In this document: in pieces, positions 36,801 through 43,629 of the stretch | Layout: each line of letters starts with the position of its first letter | Numbering within the stretch: position 1 is the stretch's first letter | Assembly (NCBI GenBank): GCA_002353275.1 | Contig: DEJH01000021.1 | Location: forward strand, 1-54,615 | Source: Bacillales bacterium UBA2753 | GTDB taxonomy: Bacteria > Bacillota_I > Bacilli_A > RFN20 > CAG-826 | Direction of reading: 5' to 3' | Length of the DNA stretch: 54,615 bases | The notes under the pieces: model-generated | Told to the model about the DNA's origin: nothing | Database searches by the model: none | What the model saw: the letters and a program-made list of their open reading frames with translations, nothing else | Made by a program: the position numbers and the translations under genes

Positions 36801-37146
36801 GTTCTCTATTATAACCATCTCCAGGGTCATTATAACTACTTGCAAAAGCGCTACCAGGAGCATAATTAGTTACATCTGAATAGATATCATATAGTTTAGA
36901 GTTTGTTATTTTATCAGTAACAGCATATGCTGCCTTTAATCCATCATAACCAACCCAACTAGGATTTTTAATCTTGCCATTAATGCTAGTTAAAAGCGCT
37001 GTGTCAGTGCCACTAACAGTTGAATAATACGTTTCTAAATCAGTTGCAGCCTCTACTTGTTTCGCTTCTTTATTAGGAGCAACAACAAAAGATACCGCTA
37101 ATGAGGTAGCAAAAATCGTAGCCGCAATTAAGTGTTTGAATTTCAT
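33877..37146 (-). CDS. Surface-anchored Endonuclease I-family nuclease with Big_2/Big_3-like repeats and a C-terminal TM anchor
   Basis: Signal peptide. NREHTIPKSWW, DLFIVLPSDAKINGVRSNYPYG, NRNPFIDHP (Endonuclease I motifs). Ig-like repeats (ITWSSSDTTVATVS; VTVTYSGKTATYDITV). Ends with a TM helix plus RKKKED. Confidence 0.75.
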   Translation of the reverse strand: MKFKHLIAATIFATSLAVSFVVAPNKEAKQVEAATDLETYYSTVSGTDTALLTSINGKIKNPSWVGYDGLKAAYAVTDKITNSKLYDIYSDVTNYAPGSAFASSYNDPGDGYNREHTIPKSWWNDGTTKQGCDLFIVLPSDAKINGVRSNYPYGITANGASWKMDDDTYENRYGTSTATQYVSGTVFEPFDNRKGDLARIYFYAVACYWSGGEGAGKVTNWTNGDGAKVFKASGKNGFVQKYLDMLLKWHHDDPVSDWEISRNTKVQGQQNNRNPFIDHPSWVDLIWGGTYPSTGANWEDTSSGEVVNGKLTPSVGITSISKNSVTLTEGQSTTINAISSNSGEITWSSSDTTVATVSPTKAASGSNVTINAVAASNTPVTITASITISGQTYSKSCSVTVNEYVPVKLATPTPTFNNSTKKVSWPNVASATSYQVKVDSGSYVTATSPYDVSGLTTGAQHTLSVIAKAGSGYTDSDAGSVTFTPTTGGGGGSIEVTASTSISNYASSNSWENATKYTSVQLDAVATASVGTGGSNTGKYYSNSGEWRFYQSESATIVISVLDDYTLESVTFTYNVSSTGQLKDSLENDVNSEDSVSLSGTSATFTVGNSGSATNGQVKFTSISVTYSYQSGGSVTLTSITLNTSAVKKSFTINDVFTYAGLVVTANYSDTSSEVVESGYTVSTPDLTQTGNKTVTVTYSGKTATYDITVADAPISSITATVNKTYYVGETIVSSDITVTDNNGNNVDGFTFELENYQFDYEDAASGGSLTSKTFKSAVEYSNLTCDLTVQVQRKEYETIVPTISWNKVTSVSSLSIGDVIVIADSVQSVALSTTQNDNNRGSVAITKSNNTISWTAGDVVPQQLTLTSTANIQGAPADSFGLYTGDGYLYGAGASKNYLRTQSTNNVNGAFAITFSNGIATINATASTNRANIRSNYSNNPSIFSCYASDATTGNAVEIYKKSGGTDTQSPENVANYIMYEDTNNQCTTKFTIAKGYFEELTVEGRNTFMSSSDYVISTARERLEAWARHQGKTIDYVNGDYSISNISRIPAILNNSINNTTIIVVVTVGIATIAIGGYFLLRKKKED

Positions 37147-37218
37147 AAGTTCCTTACAAAGGAAGAGAATATATTACTTTATTTTTTTACTAAATATAAG
37201 AAATTTTTATTTCTGATG

Positions 37219-37252
37219 AAAAAAAGCAGACACAATCAGTGATTATGCTGCT
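37219..37252 (-). terminator. Terminator after the 259-aa gene
   Basis: AGCAGC/CTGCT stem followed by TTTTTTT on the minus strand. Confidence 0.6.
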
Positions 37253-37271
37253 ATAAATTTAATTATTGTGA

Positions 37272-38051
37272 TTAAAGTGGAAGGCTTTCTTTCACTTCGG
37301 TTGGATCATCATCATCACTCCAAACCACTGTCATGCCGTCAATTTTATCAGTAAGCTCACAGTGATTCCATTGAGTGATAATTGGAAGAGCGTTTCTTTT
37401 AATAACACGATCAGGAATACTGACTTTTGCTTGAGCGTGATATAAAGAAGATGGTCTACGACCTAAATCGTAATCATAACCATATTCATATAAATATCCA
37501 TCTTTTTCTTTGAAATAGATGTAACGAGCTTCGTAATATTGGCGAGTGCCATTAAGCTTATCTTCCATTTCATCCATCTTAGCTCTAGCTTCAGCGACTT
37601 TCTTGCCTCTAAATAATCCTTTTTTATTTTCTTCAATTGATTGAACACAATATTCTTGTAGATCTTCTCTTTCAACAGGAAGAGGATATCCAAATTTTTC
37701 ACGAATTAAATATTCAAACATTAAGATTTCCCAATCTTCGCTAGAAGAAGCTTGTCTTTCTTCAAGTTCTTTAACTTCTTTTTGTTCTGATTCATCTTCA
37801 AAGCGGCGGACTAAATATACTTCGCCTCTACATCCTCTATAAAATTCAGTGGTTGGGCTATTATTGCCTATTCTTTTTTTGGATGAAAAATATTTAATCC
37901 AATTTCCAATTCTACCAACCGCATTATAGACCATCATACCTGGATCTTTAAATCTTACTTCCCAGCCATGACCAGCGTATAACGCACGAACTTCACCGAC
38001 TCCTTGAGAGCCATCAACGGTAAACATTACCGGTGTTTTTTCTTCAACCAT
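37272..38051 (-). CDS. Hypothetical cytoplasmic protein (259 aa)
   Basis: Long ORF with ordinary-looking residue composition; no motif recognised. Confidence 0.5.
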   Translation of the reverse strand: MVEEKTPVMFTVDGSQGVGEVRALYAGHGWEVRFKDPGMMVYNAVGRIGNWIKYFSSKKRIGNNSPTTEFYRGCRGEVYLVRRFEDESEQKEVKELEERQASSSEDWEILMFEYLIREKFGYPLPVEREDLQEYCVQSIEENKKGLFRGKKVAEARAKMDEMEDKLNGTRQYYEARYIYFKEKDGYLYEYGYDYDLGRRPSSLYHAQAKVSIPDRVIKRNALPIITQWNHCELTDKIDGMTVVWSDDDDPTEVKESLPL

Positions 38052-38107
38052 TTTTTATCTCCTCGTATTCGATGCAAACATTTTATAAGTTTTACTGATG
38101 TAATCAA

Positions 38108-38136
38108 AGAAAAAAATGTAATGGAGTCCACTACAT
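38108..38136 (-). terminator. Terminator after the lipoprotein gene
   Basis: ATGTAGTGGA/TCCATTACAT stem followed by TTTTTTT on the minus strand. Confidence 0.6.
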
Positions 38137-38194
38137 CTTTTAACTTATTTAAATATTATTGAGGACTGCTTTATTGTGCAATTTAACCTAACTA

Positions 38195-38704
38195 TTATTT
38201 ATATTCAATCGTATTTACAAGAGATTCATCGATATGACCATTAGGGTTGGTTCTAATAAAGTTAGGGAAGTCATATGTATAAGAGACGAGGGTTTCTAAA
38301 TCACTGGTATGAGATGGATTAGTGAGTTCCACCCCATTTAGGTAGAGTTTTTTAGAAGCGCTATATAATTCAGAACCTTTATATAGATATACCTGCATAT
38401 ATCTCGCTCTTTCTGATAAGTCTGAGAGGATATACTTATATCCATCACTAGCGTCTATGGTTCCCATTGCTTTATGGAAAGAAATCATGATGGCTTCTTG
38501 TCCATATTCTTTTTGAGCTTCTTCTTCATTGTCATAGACAACAATATGTCCGTGAGAAGTTGGATACATATATGATGTGTAATGGAAATATTCTTCTCCT
38601 TGAGGAGCGTATCTCACATATGCGATAGCGGTCACTCCACCATCTTTACATGACGAAAGAGAAAATATTAACGGTAAGAAAAATAAACCTATTAACTTTT
38701 TCAT
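38195..38704 (-). CDS. Lipoprotein, unknown function (169 aa)
   Basis: Lipobox FSLSSC after MKKLIGLFFLPLI. Confidence 0.6.
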   Translation of the reverse strand: MKKLIGLFFLPLIFSLSSCKDGGVTAIAYVRYAPQGEEYFHYTSYMYPTSHGHIVVYDNEEEAQKEYGQEAIMISFHKAMGTIDASDGYKYILSDLSERARYMQVYLYKGSELYSASKKLYLNGVELTNPSHTSDLETLVSYTYDFPNFIRTNPNGHIDESLVNTIEYK

Positions 38705-38860
38705 ACACTTATCACCTCTATTATTATTTCAATATTGTTATTCTAATAAATCAAGAACATTTCTATTGGTGAGATTAATATATAGAGGAAATTCATTAAT
38801 GAATATTTTTGTTTCTTTATTATTGACTGAGGCATATTTATTTGAAATAATAATTACTGT

Positions 38861-38901
38861 AACCGGTACGTGTGGCTTAATAGGTCCATCGGTTATTTTT
38901 T
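38861..38901. repeat. Hairpin repeat copy 1 (AACCGGTACGTGTGGCTTAATAGGNCCNTCGGTT plus T-run)
   Basis: Nearly identical to 39490-39531. Overlaps the stop codon of the 132-aa gene. Confidence 0.8.
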
Positions 38902-39291
38902 ATTTGTCTTTTTAAACGAGGTAGAATACACAGGGTTTCTTTTGCCAATTTCATGTATCAATTTTAAATCAGATTCATCTATCTTAAGATCTGTCATTTC
39001 GTGCGCCCATATATCCCTCCGTTTGCACAAAAAAGGTCTATTCTTGACATAAGAGTTAGCCACATTATCAGCAAGAGGCCTGTTTAACTTGGTGATATGT
39101 TTTATTCCTCTATCTTTTTTAGGAATATCACCAGGTTTATCACTATCAAATTTAAGAACTAAATATTCGTTCTTTTCGTCATCTTTAGAAACGACATAGC
39201 AAGGATGACCGGTTTTGCTTCCGTCATGAACAAAATAAAACTTGCCGACTTCAATAATTTTGATTGGATTAGGGTTTGAGCTTTTAGTCAT
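38893..39291 (-). CDS. Hypothetical protein (132 aa)
   Basis: The ATG at 39291 has a GGAGGT RBS 5 nt upstream, so the track ORF to 39354 is an extension. The GKFYFVHDGSKTGHPCYVVSKD stretch is faintly PemK/SH3-like; not assignable. Confidence 0.5.
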   Translation of the reverse strand: MTKSSNPNPIKIIEVGKFYFVHDGSKTGHPCYVVSKDDEKNEYLVLKFDSDKPGDIPKKDRGIKHITKLNRPLADNVANSYVKNRPFLCKRRDIWAHEMTDLKIDESDLKLIHEIGKRNPVYSTSFKKTNKK

Positions 39292-39446
39292 ATATGACCT
39301 CCAAAAAATGTGAAAAAGACAGGAAAGCCCCATAATCCAAATCTCATTCCCCATGTCCTATCTTTTGATAATATTTTAATAAAAGCATAGTTGCTTCTCA
39401 ATATAATATTGAAGAAATAAATTATTGGTAATTTAATGATACTCAC

Positions 39447-39482
39447 AACCGGTATGTGTGGCTGAATAGGTCAAACGGTTGT
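39447..39482. repeat. Hairpin repeat copy 2 (diverged)
   Basis: AACCGGTATGTGTGGCTGAATAGGTCAAACGGTT; lacks the T-run on the plus strand. Confidence 0.7.
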
Positions 39483-39489
39483 AGAAAAA

Positions 39490-39531
39490 AACCGGTACGT
39501 GTGGCTTAATAGGCCCGTCGGTTATTTTTTT
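39490..39531. repeat. Hairpin repeat copy 3; probable bidirectional terminator downstream of thiF
   Basis: AACCGGTACGTGTGGCTTAATAGGCCCGTCGGTT flanked by an A-run and a T-run, 60 nt after the thiF stop. Confidence 0.75.
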
Positions 39532-39592
39532 ATTATTATAAGGATATATAAATAGAAAAAGACCTTAGGATGGTTAATCTAAGTTCTTTAAA

Positions 39593-40264
39593 CTAAGACA
39601 ATTTTACCTTAGTTAATCTAGCGGGGTCACTATAGTAAATAAGCGTATCTATTTCTACTTCTTCTCCAATTAAATATTTGAAAGCAGTGATACTTGCTAA
39701 AGAGGAGATTAATCCCACCATCGGACCAATAACTCCTTCTTTTGGTGAAGAGATGATGTCTTTAGACACTAAATCTTTGAGTGATTTGTTTTTGAATAGG
39801 CAACATTGCCCTTTATATCCATCAACTCCAATATGAAGAAATGGGATATGTTTTTTGTTTGCTTCTTCAGAAATGATTAGTTTAGTTTCCCAATTGTCTA
39901 CTGCGTCAATCACTAAATCGAAGTCACTAATTAAAGAAGAAACATTATTTGAATTAACTTTTTTACTGATTGAGGTGATATTAACTTCACTATTGCGGTT
40001 CATTATTTCTCTTTTGACAATATCAACTTTATTTTCACCGACATCATCTTCTTTTAATAAGATTTGACGATTGAGATTAGAAAGCTCAACTTTATCAAAA
40101 TCCACCAGAGTTAAATTAACCACCCCATTAGTGGCTAAATATGTTGCGACGTGTTGGCCAACTCCACCGACTCCAATTATTAAAACTCTCTTATTTTTTA
40201 GCAAGAGAAGTTTTTCTTCTGTGATATCTTTTAATTCCAATAGACGCGAATATCTTTCCATCAT
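39593..40264 (-). CDS. thiF: ThiF/MoeB-family E1-like adenylyltransferase (short form, 223 aa)
   Basis: VLIIGVGGVGQHVATYLATNGV Rossmann motif, DFDKVELSNLNRQ, DAVDN. ATGA overlap with thiS. Confidence 0.75.
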   Translation of the reverse strand: MMERYSRLLELKDITEEKLLLLKNKRVLIIGVGGVGQHVATYLATNGVVNLTLVDFDKVELSNLNRQILLKEDDVGENKVDIVKREIMNRNSEVNITSISKKVNSNNVSSLISDFDLVIDAVDNWETKLIISEEANKKHIPFLHIGVDGYKGQCCLFKNKSLKDLVSKDIISSPKEGVIGPMVGLISSLASITAFKYLIGEEVEIDTLIYYSDPARLTKVKLS

Positions 40265-40467
40265 CCACCACCTCTAACATAGATGAGTTCAATTTCATCT
40301 TTGTCGTTAAGTATATGGGACTTAAACAAATCACGTTTAATAAAGACTCCATTAACAGAGATTACAAGCCAAGGAACTGCTTCAATATCTTTCATATCTA
40401 AAAGATCTTGAATAGTTATCCCTTCTTGATATTCGTTAGAAAGAGTTCCATCAACTTTTAAAAACAT
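40261..40467 (-). CDS. thiS: ThiS-type ubiquitin-like sulfur carrier (68 aa, C-terminal ..YVRGGG)
   Basis: ThiS-like length and pattern (VNG..I.R......L.D.DEIELI..V.GGG). ATG at 40467 preferred, because the TTG start at 40485 lies inside the upstream terminator. Confidence 0.75.
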   Translation of the reverse strand: MFLKVDGTLSNEYQEGITIQDLLDMKDIEAVPWLVISVNGVFIKRDLFKSHILNDKDEIELIYVRGGG

Positions 40468-40479
40468 GCTTTTATTATA

Positions 40480-40504
40480 TAACAAAAACCCCGAAATCGG
40501 GGTT
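40480..40504 (-). terminator. Terminator between the 157-aa gene and thiS
   Basis: AACCCCG-ATTT-CGGGGTT followed by TTTGTT on the minus strand. Ends about 13 nt before the thiS ATG. Confidence 0.65.
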
Positions 40505-40525
40505 CATTGTTTTTGTTTTTTTAAA

Positions 40526-40999
40526 TTATAATTCTTTTTCTAATTCGCTGATTTTCTTGTTATTAAACAAATCATAAATCGCGGAAAAGATTGCGTAGAG
40601 CGCGTGTTTTGTATCTAAACAGTAATACGCGGTTCTTTCAACATTTAATGTTTCTTCATCAATAACGCCATCGCTATTCACGTCATAATATAAACGTTCC
40701 GGAATGTGATCGGTTAATCTGACGAAATCATCTCTACTTAAGCCCTGTGTAATCTTTAATCCTCGACAAACACAGATATAGTTTGCTTCGATGTCTTTAC
40801 TAGAAGAAGCGTAGATAAAGATGCTACTTTCTCTTCCTTCTAAATCAAGGGTTTGATAAACAGAACAAGATTTAAAACCATCATTTTTTCTAATTTCTGG
40901 TTTCTTTTCAAGCTCCCATCCTGGGTATCTTTTTCTGACCTCCTTGAAGATTTTCACCAAATTAAGTGGTTTGCACTTTAAAGTTGAATAATCTGCCAT
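40526..40999 (-). CDS. Hypothetical protein (157 aa) with a single EF-hand/dockerin-like loop (DVNSDGVIDEE)
   Basis: ORF preceded by a GAGGAG RBS about 12 nt upstream and a TATAAT box; no family recognised. Confidence 0.5.
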   Translation of the reverse strand: MADYSTLKCKPLNLVKIFKEVRKRYPGWELEKKPEIRKNDGFKSCSVYQTLDLEGRESSIFIYASSSKDIEANYICVCRGLKITQGLSRDDFVRLTDHIPERLYYDVNSDGVIDEETLNVERTAYYCLDTKHALYAIFSAIYDLFNNKKISELEKEL

Positions 41000-41077
41000 A
41001 AAAATTCATATCTCCTCATATTTAATTTCATTTTATCAAAGAATTGATGATTTAGACAATATTATATAGATGTGGAC

Positions 41078-41243
41078 AAAATAAAACCCCTTTCATGAGG
41101 GGTAATATTAGTCAAGCAGGACAGCTTTATATTAAGGAAGCGACTATACGTTAGAGGCCATCTATTAGCTTCCACCTGCATCACTGGCCACCATATGGCT
41201 ACGGTGCGTCGTGGTCGTCAGCTGGATTTCCACCTTTGACATT
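41078..41243 (-). ncRNA. Candidate structured small RNA of about 165 nt, class unknown
   Basis: Own promoter (TTGATA-17-TACAAT) and terminator (CCCCT-CATGAA-AGGGG plus T-run). About 48% GC in a 30% GC background. 5'/3' closing helix GTCAA.AGG..CAGCT / AGCTG.CCT..TTGAC and internal helix GGAAGC/GCTTCC. No ORF. Confidence 0.5.
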
Positions 41244-41246
41244 TAT

Positions 41247-41275
41247 ATTGTATGGGAACAAAACTTAGTTATCAA
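41247..41275 (-). promoter_or_regulatory. Promoter of the candidate sRNA
   Basis: -35 TTGATA (41270-41275), 17-nt spacer, -10 TACAAT (41247-41252). Overlaps the stop codon of the 123-aa gene. Confidence 0.55.
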
Positions 41276-41643
41276 TTATTATTTTTTATTAAATAAATAG
41301 TAACGATAGATTCCTTCTTTCCCTTTCCGACCTCTGTAACAATTTTGAGATATTTGATTCTCTCTTTTTGTTTACCTCTTCTTCCAATATATGTTCGGAA
41401 TTTGTTTCCACTTCTATCTGATTTTAAAGAATTCTCGTTTAATAAAATGGTTGGGATTTCATTAATGTCTTTTATGGTGAGGTGATGATTTTTATTAGCA
41501 ATATGCTCAAAAATTGTCTCATGCCTCTTATTTTTATCAAAATAGACTTCAGTCCCACTGAATGTTTTTAATGGTACTTGAAGCTGTTTTAAGGCTGATA
41601 CAATGTTTTGGTCGAATTCTTTGTTCTTAGTTTTGGATGACAT
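41272..41643 (-). CDS. Hypothetical basic protein (123 aa); weak resemblance to phage PBECR-type small nuclease domains
   Basis: The FEHIANKNHHLTIKDINEIPTIL ... KYLKIV ... VTIYLI pattern. No obvious SD; preceded by a small hairpin plus T-run. Confidence 0.35.
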   Translation of the reverse strand: MSSKTKNKEFDQNIVSALKQLQVPLKTFSGTEVYFDKNKRHETIFEHIANKNHHLTIKDINEIPTILLNENSLKSDRSGNKFRTYIGRRGKQKERIKYLKIVTEVGKGKKESIVTIYLIKNNN

Positions 41644-41743
41644 AATAGTGAAAAAATAAAAAAATGGGAAAATCCCAAACTACAATCATCCCAAACCTCA
41701 AATTTATTATTACATTTATGCTATAAATGCTCAATAAAAAATC

Positions 41744-41786
41744 AAAAAACCCCTTTCTTTGACACCATTTTGTCTAGAAAAAGGGG
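41744..41786 (-). terminator. Terminator after the tRNA-Asp/tRNA-Phe pair
   Basis: CCCCTTT...AAAGGGG stem followed by TTTTTTGATTTTTT on the minus strand. Confidence 0.7.
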
Positions 41787-41798
41787 TACTATTTATTG

Positions 41799-41874
<76 letters not shown>

Positions 41875-41898
41875 AAGGCTCCTCTTTATAAAAAAGAG

Positions 41899-41974
41899 TG
41901 GCGGACCAGACGGGAATCGAACCCGCGATCTTCTCCGTGACAGGGAGACATGTTAACCGCTACACCACTGGTCC
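41899..41974 (-). tRNA. tRNA-Asp (anticodon GUC)
   Basis: GGACCAGTGGTGTAGCGGTTAACA...CCTGTCACGG...GGTTCGATTCC...CCA. Confidence 0.92.
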
Positions 41975-41988
41975 TTTTTGCCTATATA

Positions 41989-42016
41989 TTATTACAAGAA
42001 GTAGAAATCTTATCAA
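41989..42016 (-). promoter_or_regulatory. Probable promoter of the tRNA-Asp/Phe operon
   Basis: TTGATA-16 nt-TAATAA on the minus strand, about 15 nt upstream of tRNA-Asp. Confidence 0.45.
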
Positions 42017-42088
42017 GTTATTTCTTAAAAATTTTCTTAAAATGACATTTCTTAAATAATATATATAAATATATTAGATATATAAGGA

Positions 42089-43627
42089 TTAAAGCATTTG
42101 CGCAATGATATTAAGTAAAGAGCACATAAAGGAAGACATCACACTTAATTTTGTGTTTTCTTTAGTTAAAATTTCTCCGTGATCAAAACAATCAAGTAAA
42201 TCATCATATGCATCATCCACGGCTTTTGAGTTCATAAAGATCGCACCACATTCAAAGTGATGAACTAAAGAACGATAGTCCATATTAATCGTTCCAACAA
42301 AAGCAATCTTTTTATCTACGACAATCATTTTTGCATGGTTAAAACCTTCATTATATCGATAGACTTTAATTCCCGCTTTAACTAAATCGTTAACGTATCT
42401 TAAAGCCATCTTATAGACTGCCTTTTTATCTGGAATACCTGGAAGAAGGATGCGGATATCCACTCCACGATATCCTGCTCTTAATATCGCTGATTTTAAA
42501 TTGTCAGTAGGAATGAAATACGGAGTAGAGATATAAATCGATTCTTTCGCGCTTTCAATCATGTTGATGAAAGTCGCTTCTCCTACTTCATTTCCATAAA
42601 ATGGAGATGGACCATCTCCAAAAGGGGCGACAATTGAATTTTCTGGATATCTTTCATATTGGTAGCCAAGATATTTATCGTAATCAGAACTTTTGTTTCT
42701 GGAAAGGTCATAAGTCGCTAAAAATAGATAAATGAGATTATCAATTGCTGGACCTTGAATTTCAATCATTGAATCTTTCCAATAACCGAACCTAACAATA
42801 TCGTTAGCGTATTCATCGGCAAGATTCATTCCGCCAGTATAGGCGATATGATGATCAATAATTGCAATCTTTCGGTGATCACGGTTATTAAAGATACCGG
42901 AAAGAAGAGGAATAAAAGGATTAAAACGGAAGCATTTAATTCCTTCTTTTTTTAGGATTTTTGGATAATAGCTATGCAAAAGACCAGCGCAGCCAATATC
43001 ATCATAAATAATACGGACTTCCACCCCTTCTTTAGCCTTATCGACTAAGATTTGATGAATTTCATTCCACTCTTTTCCTCGATCAATAATGAAAAACTCT
43101 AAGAAAATAAATTCTTTGGCTTTCTTTAATTCTTCTTTAAAACGTGGAAAGAATTCTTCTCCGGAAGAATAATATCTGACCTTATTTCCACTACTAGGGG
43201 TGTATCTCATCGAATGAGAAAGATATTCAAAAGGAGAAGAATAGGTGGTTTCTTTCTCTTTAATTAACTTCAAAGTTTCTGGATCGGTATCAAAATGTTT
43301 CTTTTGTTCGTTACTAATTTCTTTAGTGATTTTACGATATTTACTTTTTAAGCCATGATTAGCAAAAAAAGCGTAAATTAGCACTCCTAATATCGGTAAA
43401 AGAAGAACAGTAATTATCCAAGGAGTTTTTAATTCAGTTGGCCCTTTGCGGTTGACCACCATTAGGAAAACAATAACGTGAACTAAAGCGAGTTCAATTG
43501 AGAAAAATGGCCAATAGTTGAGTAAAAATACTACTCCGGTCATAATTGCCCCGATTTCAATCAAAATTAAAAGAAGCATTAATGACATTCTAGAAAAAAT
43601 TTTCTTAAAAATTTTAATAAATATCAT
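42089..43627 (-). CDS. cls: Cardiolipin synthase (PLD superfamily)
   Basis: Two N-terminal TM helices. Two HKD motifs (HRKIAIIDHHIAYTGGMN; HAKMIVVDKKIAFVGTIN). Confidence 0.88.
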   Translation of the reverse strand: MIFIKIFKKIFSRMSLMLLLILIEIGAIMTGVVFLLNYWPFFSIELALVHVIVFLMVVNRKGPTELKTPWIITVLLLPILGVLIYAFFANHGLKSKYRKITKEISNEQKKHFDTDPETLKLIKEKETTYSSPFEYLSHSMRYTPSSGNKVRYYSSGEEFFPRFKEELKKAKEFIFLEFFIIDRGKEWNEIHQILVDKAKEGVEVRIIYDDIGCAGLLHSYYPKILKKEGIKCFRFNPFIPLLSGIFNNRDHRKIAIIDHHIAYTGGMNLADEYANDIVRFGYWKDSMIEIQGPAIDNLIYLFLATYDLSRNKSSDYDKYLGYQYERYPENSIVAPFGDGPSPFYGNEVGEATFINMIESAKESIYISTPYFIPTDNLKSAILRAGYRGVDIRILLPGIPDKKAVYKMALRYVNDLVKAGIKVYRYNEGFNHAKMIVVDKKIAFVGTINMDYRSLVHHFECGAIFMNSKAVDDAYDDLLDCFDHGEILTKENTKLSVMSSFMCSLLNIIAQML

Positions 43628-43629
43628 AC

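Noticed and set aside
38861-39531. Possible CRISPR array formed by the three hairpin repeats.
   Set aside because: There are only three copies at irregular spacing (about 550 nt and 8 nt). One copy overlaps a CDS end, no cas genes are present, and the T-runs point to terminator or REP-like elements.
41078-41243. Riboswitch identity for the structured RNA: GGTGGAAATCC resembles a cobalamin-riboswitch core element, and GCTAATAGATGGCCTCTAAC resembles the 3' tail of fluoride (crcB) riboswitches.
   Set aside because: Neither consensus is complete. There is no B12 box in the right orientation, and no GAGGCC pseudoknot partner or P1 GGnGAUGG for fluoride. The element has its own promoter and terminator. 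The downstream gene has a separate promoter and is not a transporter or cofactor gene.
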